From: Spizellomyces punctatus DAOM BR117
Lineage: Eukaryota
Assembly: GCA_000182565.2 (NCBI GenBank)
Contig: KQ257452.1
DNA: 64,000 nucleotides
Strand: one strand, 5' to 3'
Positions 38,383 through 49,250 of this stretch are shown here, piece after piece. The position numbers were made by a program, and so were the translations under genes. The first letter of the stretch is position 1, and the number at the start of each line of letters is the position of its first letter. Below the pieces are notes generated by a model. It did no database searches. It saw only the letters and a list, made by a program, of their open reading frames with translations, and was not told the DNA's origin.

Positions 38383-40522
38383 ATGATGCTCAACGGGAAA
38401 GAAAAGCAGCCAGGTAGTTTTAAATGGGATGAGACAAGAAGAAGGGAATCCGGCTCATTGATACTGTGGGTTTAGGATCAGATGAGATTGCGTCAAATCG
38501 ACAGATCACCCCAGAACCTGAGAACAACGGCACGAATGAGGTACTTTGAAAACATGATATCACAGCATACGGTTTATTGAATCCACATAGTAACGTACCT
38601 TTGGGAGCAGAACTCTAGTGGCAAGATTGACGTCTTGGGAAGTATAACCGTCGGTAAACGTCCACGCGCAACCGAAGATCACACGCAAGCCAAAGTGGAG
38701 GTAGGATAATCTATTTTGGCTTATTTGCCCGGGGCACGTCAGAAATACCAATCCTAACATTTCATGTAGAAACCCAGCACCGCAATGCATGATGCACCAA
38801 TTGTAAGTCTGTCAACGGTGAAGGACCAAAAGAGCGAAGAGATAGGCGGCAGAAGGGACGGTGGATTGTCGAGCGGCGCAGCAGGTGTCAAGCGCCCTCG
38901 TACGTTGGACGATGACAAAGAGCATGACAGCGAAGACATTTCGAGAGGGAGTGGAGCGAGTGTCAAGCGTCCTCGTACACCAGACGATGAGGAGGAGGTA
39001 ATCATCGAATCTTTCAAGAGTCGTATTTCCGTACATATTTTAACAGCCTTGCTATACGAGCAGGTGACGGCCAATGCACACGTATCGGACAAGTCTACTA
39101 CCGAAGGTGGGCGCTCTACTGCTACACCGGAAGGAACCCCTGAGCCCGCAGAGGTGAATGGAAAACGCGACTGGCATTTGTAAAGTATAACTAATTGACG
39201 TGATCAACCTGTGCAGGTGACGACACCAACCCCTAGAGAGAAGGAACCGAAGACTGCGACGAATCCGTTCCTCAAAGATACCGGAAAAGACGTTACATGG
39301 GACGACCTGGTTGAGGAGGAGGATGAAGATTCTACCCAACCCGCCGCTCCCTCACAACTCGGCACCCCCATGAAGATATCCGGCCCATCTGCTCAATCAA
39401 GTCCTATATTCCCTTCCAGTTTCAGCACCGGTTTTGGCGGATGGTCGAGCTGGGGACAACCAGGAAATGGAAAGGCTGATGGTGGTTCCATATCTTCGCC
39501 TTCGTTCGGCCTCTCGAGTGCTCCGGTATGATCGTTCCGCTGCTGTCGGTTCATTATGTTGGGAACTATGTGCTCAGTGTAAACTCGATAGAATTCCGCA
39601 ATGTCCACTCCTCACAAGTCCAACGTAAACGGCCCTGTTTTCGGCTCTAACCTGTCAGGTTCAGCATTTGCGTCCTTCGCCGCCTCTCCGTTGACGTTTG
39701 CGTCACTTGCATCCCCCAGTCGGCCAACCGAATCCAAGGAAAAGGTGTCCGATGACTCTGGCTCATCCTTTCCGGAACTATTAGCTGAAAAGCTTCAAGA
39801 CGAGGAAAAGAATTCATTAGATCTTAATGCCCCCTCTCCTCTAATCAAACCCGTCAAGCATGATCTTGCAGAAACGAAAGGTGCGCAATTGTAGACCGTT
39901 CAAGTGCAAGATCTGCATATTCATGTTGCTTATCTACATAATAGCTGTTTCTGGAGAAGAGGATGAGGAAACAATATATCAGGTTCGTTAACAGATCCTG
40001 TTCTCGCATGCATGCAACCAAGTTGACGGCGGCCTTCTTCTTCAGACTCGTGGAAAGCTTTTTGTGTGGGACGCGAGTGTCAAGGGCAAAGAAAGATGGC
40101 GAGAGCGTGGGAAGGGAATGGTAAAGGTCAATGTCAAAAATGGCCGTGCTGAGCAAGGACGTCTGGGTAGGTATCCAACCATGCATGACCAATGTGATGC
40201 TCAACTCTCACTTTTTTTTCGCTGTCACCAGTCATGCGATCAGACGGGTCTCTACGATTGATTCTTAACACAAAGATTTTTTCCGAAATGAAGTGCAAGG
40301 TCATTAGTGAAAAATATGTAGAGTTTCTAGGGACCACAGTGGATCAGCCTGGTCAAATAGCGAAATTCTTACTCCAGGTATGGGGGAAGGATATATTTTT
40401 CAAAACATCTGTATGTGCGTAACTCATAAAAAACCTCTTGTTTTTAGTTTAATAAGCGTGAACCGGCAGATGAACTGAAGGAGGCAATAGATCGGGTATT
40501 GGAAGATGCAGGGGAGGCATAG
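38383..40522 (+). CDS. Ran-binding-domain protein (RanBP3/Yrb2-like)
   Basis: Exons joined by hand from MMLNGKEKQP. Three KRPR motifs, an FG/Ser-rich middle, and a RanBD (SGEEDEETIYQTRGKLF...WRERGKG...GRLVMRSDGSLRLILN). Confidence 0.85.
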
Positions 40523-40712
40523 TTCAACGCAAGGGCTTTGACATTTAATGCAATGGGACTTCATGTGAGCTAGGATTTCATTACGAGTTCTCCAGCTGTA
40601 TTCAATGGAAACAATGCACGAACGCGGACAAACATAAACTCTTCGTAGCCGTGCATTTTCCATTATCTCCGAGTACCATGTGCGCGAGATCCACTCACAC
40701 TAGCCAGCTATG

Positions 40713-40735
40713 GTTTCTATGGGAACAGTGACTCA
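40713..40735 (+). promoter_or_regulatory. X-box + AG + TGACTCA composite upstream of ATP10
   Basis: GTTTCTATGGGAAC-AG-TGACTCA; same spacing as at 16573. Confidence 0.6.
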
Positions 40736-40807
40736 TCCCGCAGGAGAGCTTTTGGGTGTCCCATATATTTGAGCATTCGAGATCACTAGATCCTGGTGCC
40801 GACCGAG

Positions 40808-42319
40808 ATGCTGCGAACCAAGGGAAATATCATCCGTGGTTGCCTTCCTTACTGTCGCACATTTGCGACCCAACCCCCCAAGGTACCCCTGCCGCCGCTA
40901 CCACCACTACCTGGAAAAGGAAACGAAAGTTCAGATGCACCTCCGTCAACCATTGACACACCCTCCCCTCCTCCGCAACCGACATCCTCAGGCCTTTTGG
41001 ATCGCTTTGCTAGTAAGCTTCGACGGGATATTGAAGAAATGGAGCAGAGGCGGAAGGAGAAGGAAGCGGCGGCTGGACTCTCACTCCCAGAGACTGCTAT
41101 CCCAAAAGTTCAAAAACAGTGAGTGGTTGTGGCGGTATTGGGTTTGCCTTTTCTTCATTAACAGTCGATTCTTTTACTAAAGACCAGGATTGCTCTCACG
41201 GGTGGACGAACGACTGCAACAGCAGCGACGTGAATTGGAGGCTGCTCAGTTGGCCAAGAGGGAAGCGGGACAGTCTTCCAGAGTATCCCCATCCCTGCAG
41301 AAGCGAATGGATGAATACCTTGATTTAGACGCGAATCTTCGGGAGAGGGAAGAATTGTATGTATCAAAGTTGCTTTCTCACTGTCTTGTCCGCGTGATAG
41401 AATTAATGTGCTTCCCTTTAGATTGAAGAAGGCCTTCCGGGAAGGCTACTGGGATGACTATAAAGGTGCGATCGAACAACCCTTTTTAGGGCTGCTACCC
41501 ATGTTGTTAACAGATTGAGCTTGTAGAGGCCGCAAGAAAAGGCGCAAAGCTGTGGGAAGCACCGCGTCGGATGCGAAATGCTAATGTGGGTGCAATGCAT
41601 TTGCGTGACGGTTGAGATAATGACTTTACGAAGCTCCTTCTCCATATCTTCAGGCAAGCCCACTAGTACCTAATCCGCAAAGTCGAACATTGGCTGGCCA
41701 GACAACCGATGTGATGTCGCTTGTCAGAAACAAGAAAGCCTCTCTCGTGACCTTCATGTTCTCTGCCTTTGGCGAGGTCTGTGAAACTCATCGATTTTGA
41801 TCCCCCGTGCTCACCTGTTGACATTCACATGCCTGCAGCCACACGTAAATAGCTTTGCGGATCGGTTTTTAAAGGAATTTAAGGACGTCCCGGAAGTGCA
41901 ATTGGTTCAACTAAATATTGAGGAAAACTGGGTGAAAGCGCCAGTACTTAAAATGCTAACACCTGTTGTCCGATGGAGAGTACCAAAAGATCGAAGGGTT
42001 TGTGTTCTACTCGCCATCAATATTTTCTCAACGATTAAATTAACATCCCGTTTAGGATAAATATCTACTACACTACTCCTCCATCGCTGATGCTCGACGT
42101 TCTGCGGGGATGACGAATAATGTTCTAGGTTGGGTGAACTTGGTTGATTCACAAGGTCGTATTAGATGGCAGGCGCATGGTTTGGCCAAGGATCATGAAC
42201 TAGCCACCATGATTAAATTGACCCGGAAATTGGCCGGCCTCTCCGATGTAGTGGCACCCGATATGATGGACGACGTTCCCCCAGATGTTGCTCAAGCGAA
42301 GAAGGCTCCGAGCGTGTGA
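40808..42319 (+). CDS. ATP10: Mitochondrial ATP synthase assembly factor Atp10
   Basis: Presequence-like N-terminus, VQLNIEENWVK, GMTNNVLGWVNLVDSQGRIRWQAHG. Confidence 0.85.
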
Positions 42320-42668
42320 TAATCTTTATGTACAGGACAGCATTGCATCATATTCATTGATTAGATAGAACTGTTTCCATTCTTGTGCGTTCGTGAAATC
42401 TCGAACTTAGAGGAAAATTGTTTCCAAACTGTGCTCTTGTGATTATGCTACATGATCGATACGCGGTTGTGCATGAAGCGTCTCGGGTAGTTATTGTTCT
42501 GATTCGCTTTTAGCACAAAGCAGGGGTAGTCGGTAGTAAGTGGGCCTGTAGGTATGGAGAGCGTCTAACAACAATTATGTGCGCGGAGTGGTTAAGGAGA
42601 GCAGAAGCGGCCCTTGTGAAGGTCGTTGGTGGTTGAGGTTTTGAAGGGCCAACGATGAGCAAGGGATA

Positions 42669-43978
42669 TCAAGAGATTTGCAGTTCTATCCCGATTGACC
42701 GTCGTGGATTGTGAACAAACTGTGTCATTAGTCCAATGCTAAATAATGCTCTTTTGTACTGGCCTTCCAGTTTCAATGCCAGACCCTATACGAGACGTTC
42801 GATGTTATGCTTCATATGGCGGCAAACGCGAGAGTTGTGAACCACCCACCTCAGATAGGCTGACCCTTGCCTTTACAAGTTGTTCCTTCTCAGGAGGAGC
42901 ATACTCAACTCCAAGCACCAGATCCGCTTCATAACTGTACACGTTGAAGTCGTACCGTGTTGCCATCGTAAGATTCTTTCGTATTGTCGTTGCATAGCTC
43001 GCGCTTACATGTCCCATCATTGGGTTTGCGAGAAATGTCAAAACAGTTTTGGGTTCCGCTGGAGCGTCAAGCTTGGATGGGTTCTTGTATCGCGCTCCGA
43101 GGGAGACTGCATTTGCAAAGAGTAGTGACATGTTTAAATAATCCATGATAAGAAGTATGACTGGATTTTAACGGAACGTACGTCCACCACTTCGTTCCTT
43201 TGCAGTGTAGTAAACCTCCGAACCAGCAGACCAGTTCGAGCCGGAGAACCGATAGAGCCCGCTCAAACCGATAACATGGTCGTCTGAGCTGTAACTGAGT
43301 TCACTGCTGTATGACAAGCTCGAATAGAGCAGTTGAGTATTCACCTGAAACGACATCAAGTTAGTATCACCAGTCAAGTCAGATACCATTAAACCTGTTT
43401 CTACCGAGCTAGAGGAGTTTGGCGCTCTGGGCTTCCAGGAATTCACGCCAGATGCAACGATGAGGGTATTACGCGAGAGGGATTTGCTGTACAGCGCTTC
43501 CAAACGGAGGTCTTCAAACAGTCGTCCATATACCAAATAGTTTCCTGTGGAGGATCGGCTTAACGGAAGCTACTACACACTGCTGTAGCAAATTACACTA
43601 ACCAGTGTCAGAGGACTTTATCGCCTCGTGCGTCGAGGGAACGACCGGTATGCTACTATTTATTCTGGCTGCTCCATAGACCTTTAGATCGTCTACACAG
43701 CTCGGGGTCAAGCCGCCCTCGTCTTTGAGGTGCATCGGCGGTAAATCCAGTGGTGCCGAAGTAAATAGAAATCCCACAGAGCGAATGTTGGGTATCCCTA
43801 GTGTGTAGGTCCCTTTCAACACTGGTGATATTGTCTTGCCTAACGTAATGCTAAAGCCATGCGGAACGGCAAAGTCTAGTAATCGGCGAGAGTCGGTCAA
43901 AAGGGTAGAGTATTGGTCCTCTCTCCAGTTTATAGAGTAGTAATACCGCCGAAGGCAGTATTCCATAAAGTCCAACAT
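42669..43978 (-). CDS. MDM10: Mitochondrial distribution and morphology protein 10 (ERMES/SAM beta-barrel)
   Basis: MLDFMEYCLRRYY...W...YSTL...LLDFAVPHG, LVYGRLF..LRLEALY, SAGSEVYY, NPMMGHVSASY, TRYDFNVYSYEAD, C-terminal SIGIELQIS. Confidence 0.92.
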
Positions 43979-44218
43979 GATGGAATTGGCGGTGCGATCA
44001 ACCGACGCAACGATTCTAACGAAACGCAAGTTGATACTCGAGGTTTTCCCCATCCGGCATTGGTAGACGGATAGTTGGATGGAATCGGAGACTTTGGATA
44101 ATTACCATCGCGAGACTAAGCCACGCGACATATGTCTGCTCTTCATTATTCCTTGATAACCAAAAACACTTTCCAGCAACTGTATGCAGGTGAGATGCAG
44201 AATATGCTTTTCATTATA

Positions 44219-45627
44219 TCATAAATTTGACCCATTCCAGTTGGTGATGTCAACGCATTGTTCAATGCCCGGATATTCAGGTAAGACGAGGCCATGGCGC
44301 TTGGCAAACTCGGGAGGTACAAATCGTCCTCCCAGATAGTGATATTTACCTATCAGGTTGATCCCAGTTTAGCCATGCAGGCTCGTAGAACAGATTCTAG
44401 CGCTCCTGTGCATGCTGTTATGCCTACCTTTGAAGAATTTCGCTGACTCCTTCGGGATTGTCAGAGATACCAGCATTTCAGGTTCAGGTCCTCGACCATT
44501 TACGTTTCCTAAGAGGAAGACAATGTCTAGATTATTTTTATAAACGAAAAAGCATGTCCAGAAGTCCATCCATACCTTTTTCTACATCCCAGCCGGAAGG
44601 GATATCGATGGAAACTATAGGCAATTTAGAACCTTTAATTTTCTGGAACCTAGATGGTCAGTAATTATAGAGCTCCCCCAAATGATAACGAAGCTGCTTA
44701 CCTTAATCACCTCGTCAAACGGGGGTCGGATATCTCCACGGAAACTAAAACCTGTCAAAGCAACACGTTAGTGTCCCAACCGCGGATACAGCAGTGGTAT
44801 GGAACGCTCAAATACCAAATATGGCGTCTAAGACAATAGTGGCGGTCTTTAGTTCTTCGTCCAAATTCTCTACGAAAGGAACATTCAGGTTCTCCAACTG
44901 TCTCCGTAAGTTCTATGCCAGAAAGGGATGCACAATACGAGGTTGGTAGTCATTCGCATCTCTGCCACATGAAATGCCAACCTTGTACAAAAGCTTCTCT
45001 GTAGCCTTTGGGTAGTGGACGACCGGTCTGTATCCGAAATGAAACAAATGGCGGGCGGCGACCAGTCCATCACCGCCATTATTGCCTTGTTCATTCCACC
45101 GGAAATGAAGTTAGGCGCATAGGTGGGAATGCCTTTTTGATTGTGATAACAACGAACCTGGACCTAATCATTTGTTTTTGCAGATGTCAGTAATGTTAGG
45201 GGCCATTTTCGCAGCAAAATGTAACGCACCCGCGCACACCAATACTCGCTGAAAGCTATCTTTCGAATAGACCTTTGCCAATGCCATAGCCACGCTCAAA
45301 CCTGCCAACTCCATCAACTGTACTCATGTACATGGACACATTCAGCACTGACGTGCGGGTCGCTGCATGGTAACCAAGTACCTGGTCAACTGAGAACCCT
45401 CCCTTCTCTGGGTCCATTAATTCATTGTCCAGCTCTTGCGCGAGCGTTTGCCCAATGTACTGTACGTATGGCAGCCCCACGGCATGATAATATTGAAAAC
45501 GGGAGAGGTCAAAAACCCGACGAGGACAAGAAGAAGTCGATAGAGTTAGACAGGGCCGAATATGATGCGTCGCCAGCCCCAGGATACGCCATCTACATGG
45601 AGTATGAAACAACACCTTGTGGACCAT
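44219..45627 (-). CDS. NNR1: NAD(P)H-hydrate epimerase (YjeF_N; NAXE/Nnr1)
   Basis: AQELDNELM...[68 protein letters not shown]. Start codon uncertain. Confidence 0.92.
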
Positions 45628-45725
45628 GTCTTAACCAATGAAAGGTAAAAATCGGCAGTCGGGATGTGCAGTGTTGAATGTCGTAGAGCCAAACCCAGCT
45701 GTGTGCTGTGCAATTACGTAGGGAG

Positions 45726-45752
45726 TGAGTCAGATAGCGTAACCATGGCAAC
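45726..45752. promoter_or_regulatory. TGAGTCA plus X-box in the NNR1/STK19 divergent promoter
   Basis: TGAGTCA at 45726-45732 and GTAACCATGGCAAC at 45739-45752. Confidence 0.6.
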
Positions 45753-45820
45753 AACCAGAGTCCTCATTTCAAACCCCGACTCAGACACCTGGGATCCACT
45801 GCCCATCCTCCTCCATCTTC

Positions 45821-47198
45821 ATGATTCCAAAGTCTAAAGGAAAAAGATCACGCCCAATACCCACCTGGACCTCCCAAGATAATCCAGCCATTGCAGAGCT
45901 CTTGGCGGCGTACTCCTTCCCACCAAAGCAAAAACTATCGTTATCGCCTTCCCTGCTGCGTAGTCGCACATTTCCTTCATCTCCAGCTAGCTCTTCTCCA
46001 CTTGTCCAGGCCGATATCGCAGTACAGCCTAGTACTCCAATAAGAAGCAATAAGTCAGTGCTTCAAGCATGCGTTGCTATTAGAGATCTACTACCAACAA
46101 CCGTGCCACCTCTGGTTCTTGTTGATCAGCTGTATGCGCAACTGGGGAACGCTAATGTAGATCGCGAGCTGGTATGTACGCAGATTGGCCGAGTTACTAG
46201 CTTTTCTTCCTTGTCACGACTTCCCTCTGACCAGTAGGAACATGTCTTGCTTTCATTGCCATAGGCCCGTTTGTGTCGTCTTGGTGCCGTACGCAAATTC
46301 AAAGTTGGTGCAATTGGAGAGTTTTGCATCATGCTCAGCTGTGATTATGCGGATCAAATACGTGAAGTTGCCACCATGCAACATGGCGGGATCACCGCAA
46401 CAGAGGACACGGATAGCCGCTCTCGGAAGAGGCGTCCAGTAGGCGAAACTGAACCAGAGGGTGATAATGCGCCCCCAACAGAGAGGCACGAAAGTGAAAG
46501 TAATCTGTATGGTGCGTTAGTCCTAGCTTAAGATGCTGAGTTTTCTGTTAGAGGAGACGTCTAATACCAAGTTGCAGAGCGTTATATTCAATACGTCACC
46601 AAAGGGCACTATGAGACAGTACACGTGTCGAAAGCAGACCTGCAGCGTGAACTAGTTGCGTCAGACGATGAGATCAGGTGATTCATCTACGTCTGTGTGG
46701 GCGAGAATGCGGAAGGCGGTTTTCTAACGATGTGGTCATTCCAGCACGCTATTTTCTGCTGGATTTCTCACGCTTAAAGATGTGGACGATTACTGGATAT
46801 CCGTCCGGAACGCAGGGCTATATTGGACAAATTTTATAAAAGGCCGTCAGGAGTTACTCCAAGCATTCAAAAGAAGGAGGTACAATGAAATCCTGGAAAA
46901 GGTAGGAAAGAGGTGTGCCGTTGAGCATGAGGGTTTTTGGTATGCTCACTGGGCTTATGCTTCCCAACGATCTAGGAAATAGAAGAAAGACCATTAAGAT
47001 CATGTGTCCTACCTCCGAAGGTCATCCTGTTAGAGTTGCTAGGGAAAGGGCTCGTTGAAAGGTATGACATTGTTACAGGGTTTTGGAAATTAGATATGTT
47101 CCTGAATATAGATGACCAATTCAAACAGCTTCGATACACCCACGGGTCGTATGATACGCCTGAGGAAGAAGGCAGATGCCAGAGATGTCAAATGGTGA
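45821..47198 (+). CDS. STK19: STK19-like winged-helix protein
   Basis: PPLVLVDQLY...VDREL, LCRLGAVRKF, LFSAGFL, YWISVRNAGLYW..FIKGRQELLQAFKRRRYNEIL, LLGKGLVESFDTPTGRMIRL. Confidence 0.75.
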
Positions 47199-47199
47199 T

Positions 47200-48731
47200 G
47201 ACTTCCACCCCAGTTCTTTGCAGCCCGCCATCATGGTGCCGGCCCTTCGAGACCGCTTTCACGCCAGCGAACTTATGGAAGCGCATGCGGAGGAAATCTG
47301 TTCATCTTGATGAAGGACGGAGCAAAGTGCATCTCGAAGATGTGACGGTACTCACCACCTTTTGCGGCAGACGTACTCTGTTGGCCTTGCACCAGCAATG
47401 AAACGACTCACCATCACGTCATTTTCTATACTCGGCGGCCTCCTGCTCCTGCAAGTTCACTTGTTTTCTAAATGGCCTAATTGGGGTGATTGAAAAGGTT
47501 CTTGCCAGCGATGGCGAGCTGATCCTCTTGCACTAATGATTCCAAAGTTTCACCGGTCCTCTTGAGTAACTTTCTAAGCCATGGCGCAAGAGATCTGATC
47601 GGCGGCCGGGCTAGTTGCTTCAGCTTTGTTCGGGGATGAGCCGATGGCACGGTCACCGAAGTTGATGGATGTCACCGATAGCTTTGAAATGTCGAAAGCG
47701 ACGGGCTGACTTGCAAATCAAGAAAAGATGTGCACCCATCGCTCGAATTTTTGCCTTGCAGACTTGGGGCAGAGAGGTGAACACTTAGCTTGCGATAGTA
47801 TTACGGTAGATCGTAGCGGGATTCATATTAGTGATAGATCCGGATGCTGTTCGAATGAATATAATGCAGCATGTCTATTGTTTTAATAAGACGTCAGCTA
47901 AATCATGAGGTGCTTCGGCCTTGCCTTCCAACCTTCCAACCTCCACATGGCGATAGACTGCTTCTTAGACTGTTGTCCACGTAGAAACCGAGCCAAGCCA
48001 TCCACTACATCCGACGTAATCTATTGGTGCAGTTCCATTCTTCTTCGCCTGAACCACACCCTATCGTGGCGAACTAGATGGTCTTTAATCAACTAAGTAG
48101 AAAACTGCTACATTTCTATTCGTGATCTGCAATGAGGCCTGGGTTCCAAGCAGTAAAAGCGGCTCTTTCGCGGCAAGAATTGGGGAGTAAAGGTATGCAA
48201 AGCATAGAATGTTAGCAATTGCCGTAAAAGTATTGTAAACTATTGCTGTTGCGCATTCTATCCCGCAACCATTGATCATTGATAGTGTAGAGGTGACAGA
48301 AACTGGCACTAGCTACTACACCAGGGAATAAACCAGCGACAACTGGTTCGGAAAACCTAACTAACTACTACTAGGCAATTATACACGCAATACGTAACGG
48401 TTGTCCTAACCGGATAATTGCCCACCACCACACGCGGTCCCTACTAGGCCTTGATCTGGAACTCTTGATGGCATTGAAGCCAGAGTCTTCGCAACATTGG
48501 GGAGACTCGCAAGCTGGAGGATGTTCAGTGACAAGGCTTGGAGACTAAAAACTGCATGTCAGAAGATGACCCGATGACAAGAAATGCCATTGATACATAC
48601 CAACCAAGCTCAACTAATGTGGCAGCATAATAGTAGGTTTTGTTATCGGATCCGATTGGTTGCCACTGGTTCTGATCACGGTTGCTGTCGGGCGGTCGAG
48701 GTCCTCGGCACCACCACATCGGCGTTCTCAT
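47200..48731 (-). pseudogene. Possible decayed multi-exon membrane-protein gene
   Basis: TATAAAA about 80 nt upstream of ATG 48731, a GTATGT...CTGAC...AG intron and hydrophobic coding fragments, but I could not build a continuous reading frame. Confidence 0.3.
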
Positions 48732-49250
48732 GATTGATGAGAGTTGGGCAGATGCTTGTGAGTCGAGGATGGGTAAAGAGGAAAGAGGGAAGAGACAGCT
48801 AAGGCCGCCCTTTTATAGACCTTCCACATGCGCCTCACCGCAATTTAAAAAAAAAAACATTACATGCATGCCACACCGCAGTTTGGAGAACATTAGCATC
48901 CATGCCTCCTCACCGCTTTGAGCAATAGATGGGGGTTCTGATTATGCGATATGATTAACCGGATTAATCCGGATAATAATGGGTCCTAGTGCCATTTTCA
49001 ATCACCTCCACACTATGTATGAGATAATGATCAATGATCTTGATCTGTCTCTCCCAGTAAGGCACTGTTACAACAAGATTAGGACTAGATCCAACTTGAT
49101 GTAGTAGAAAATATGATTAGTGAACCATGGCTTGGTTTATGTATGAAAGCTGATATTGCTTCATATATTATTGACAATGCAGCAGATGTAGAGTTCATGT
49201 ACATGATATGGTATAACAAGCTCATCATAAGGGAGCGCAGTACCTCTTCG

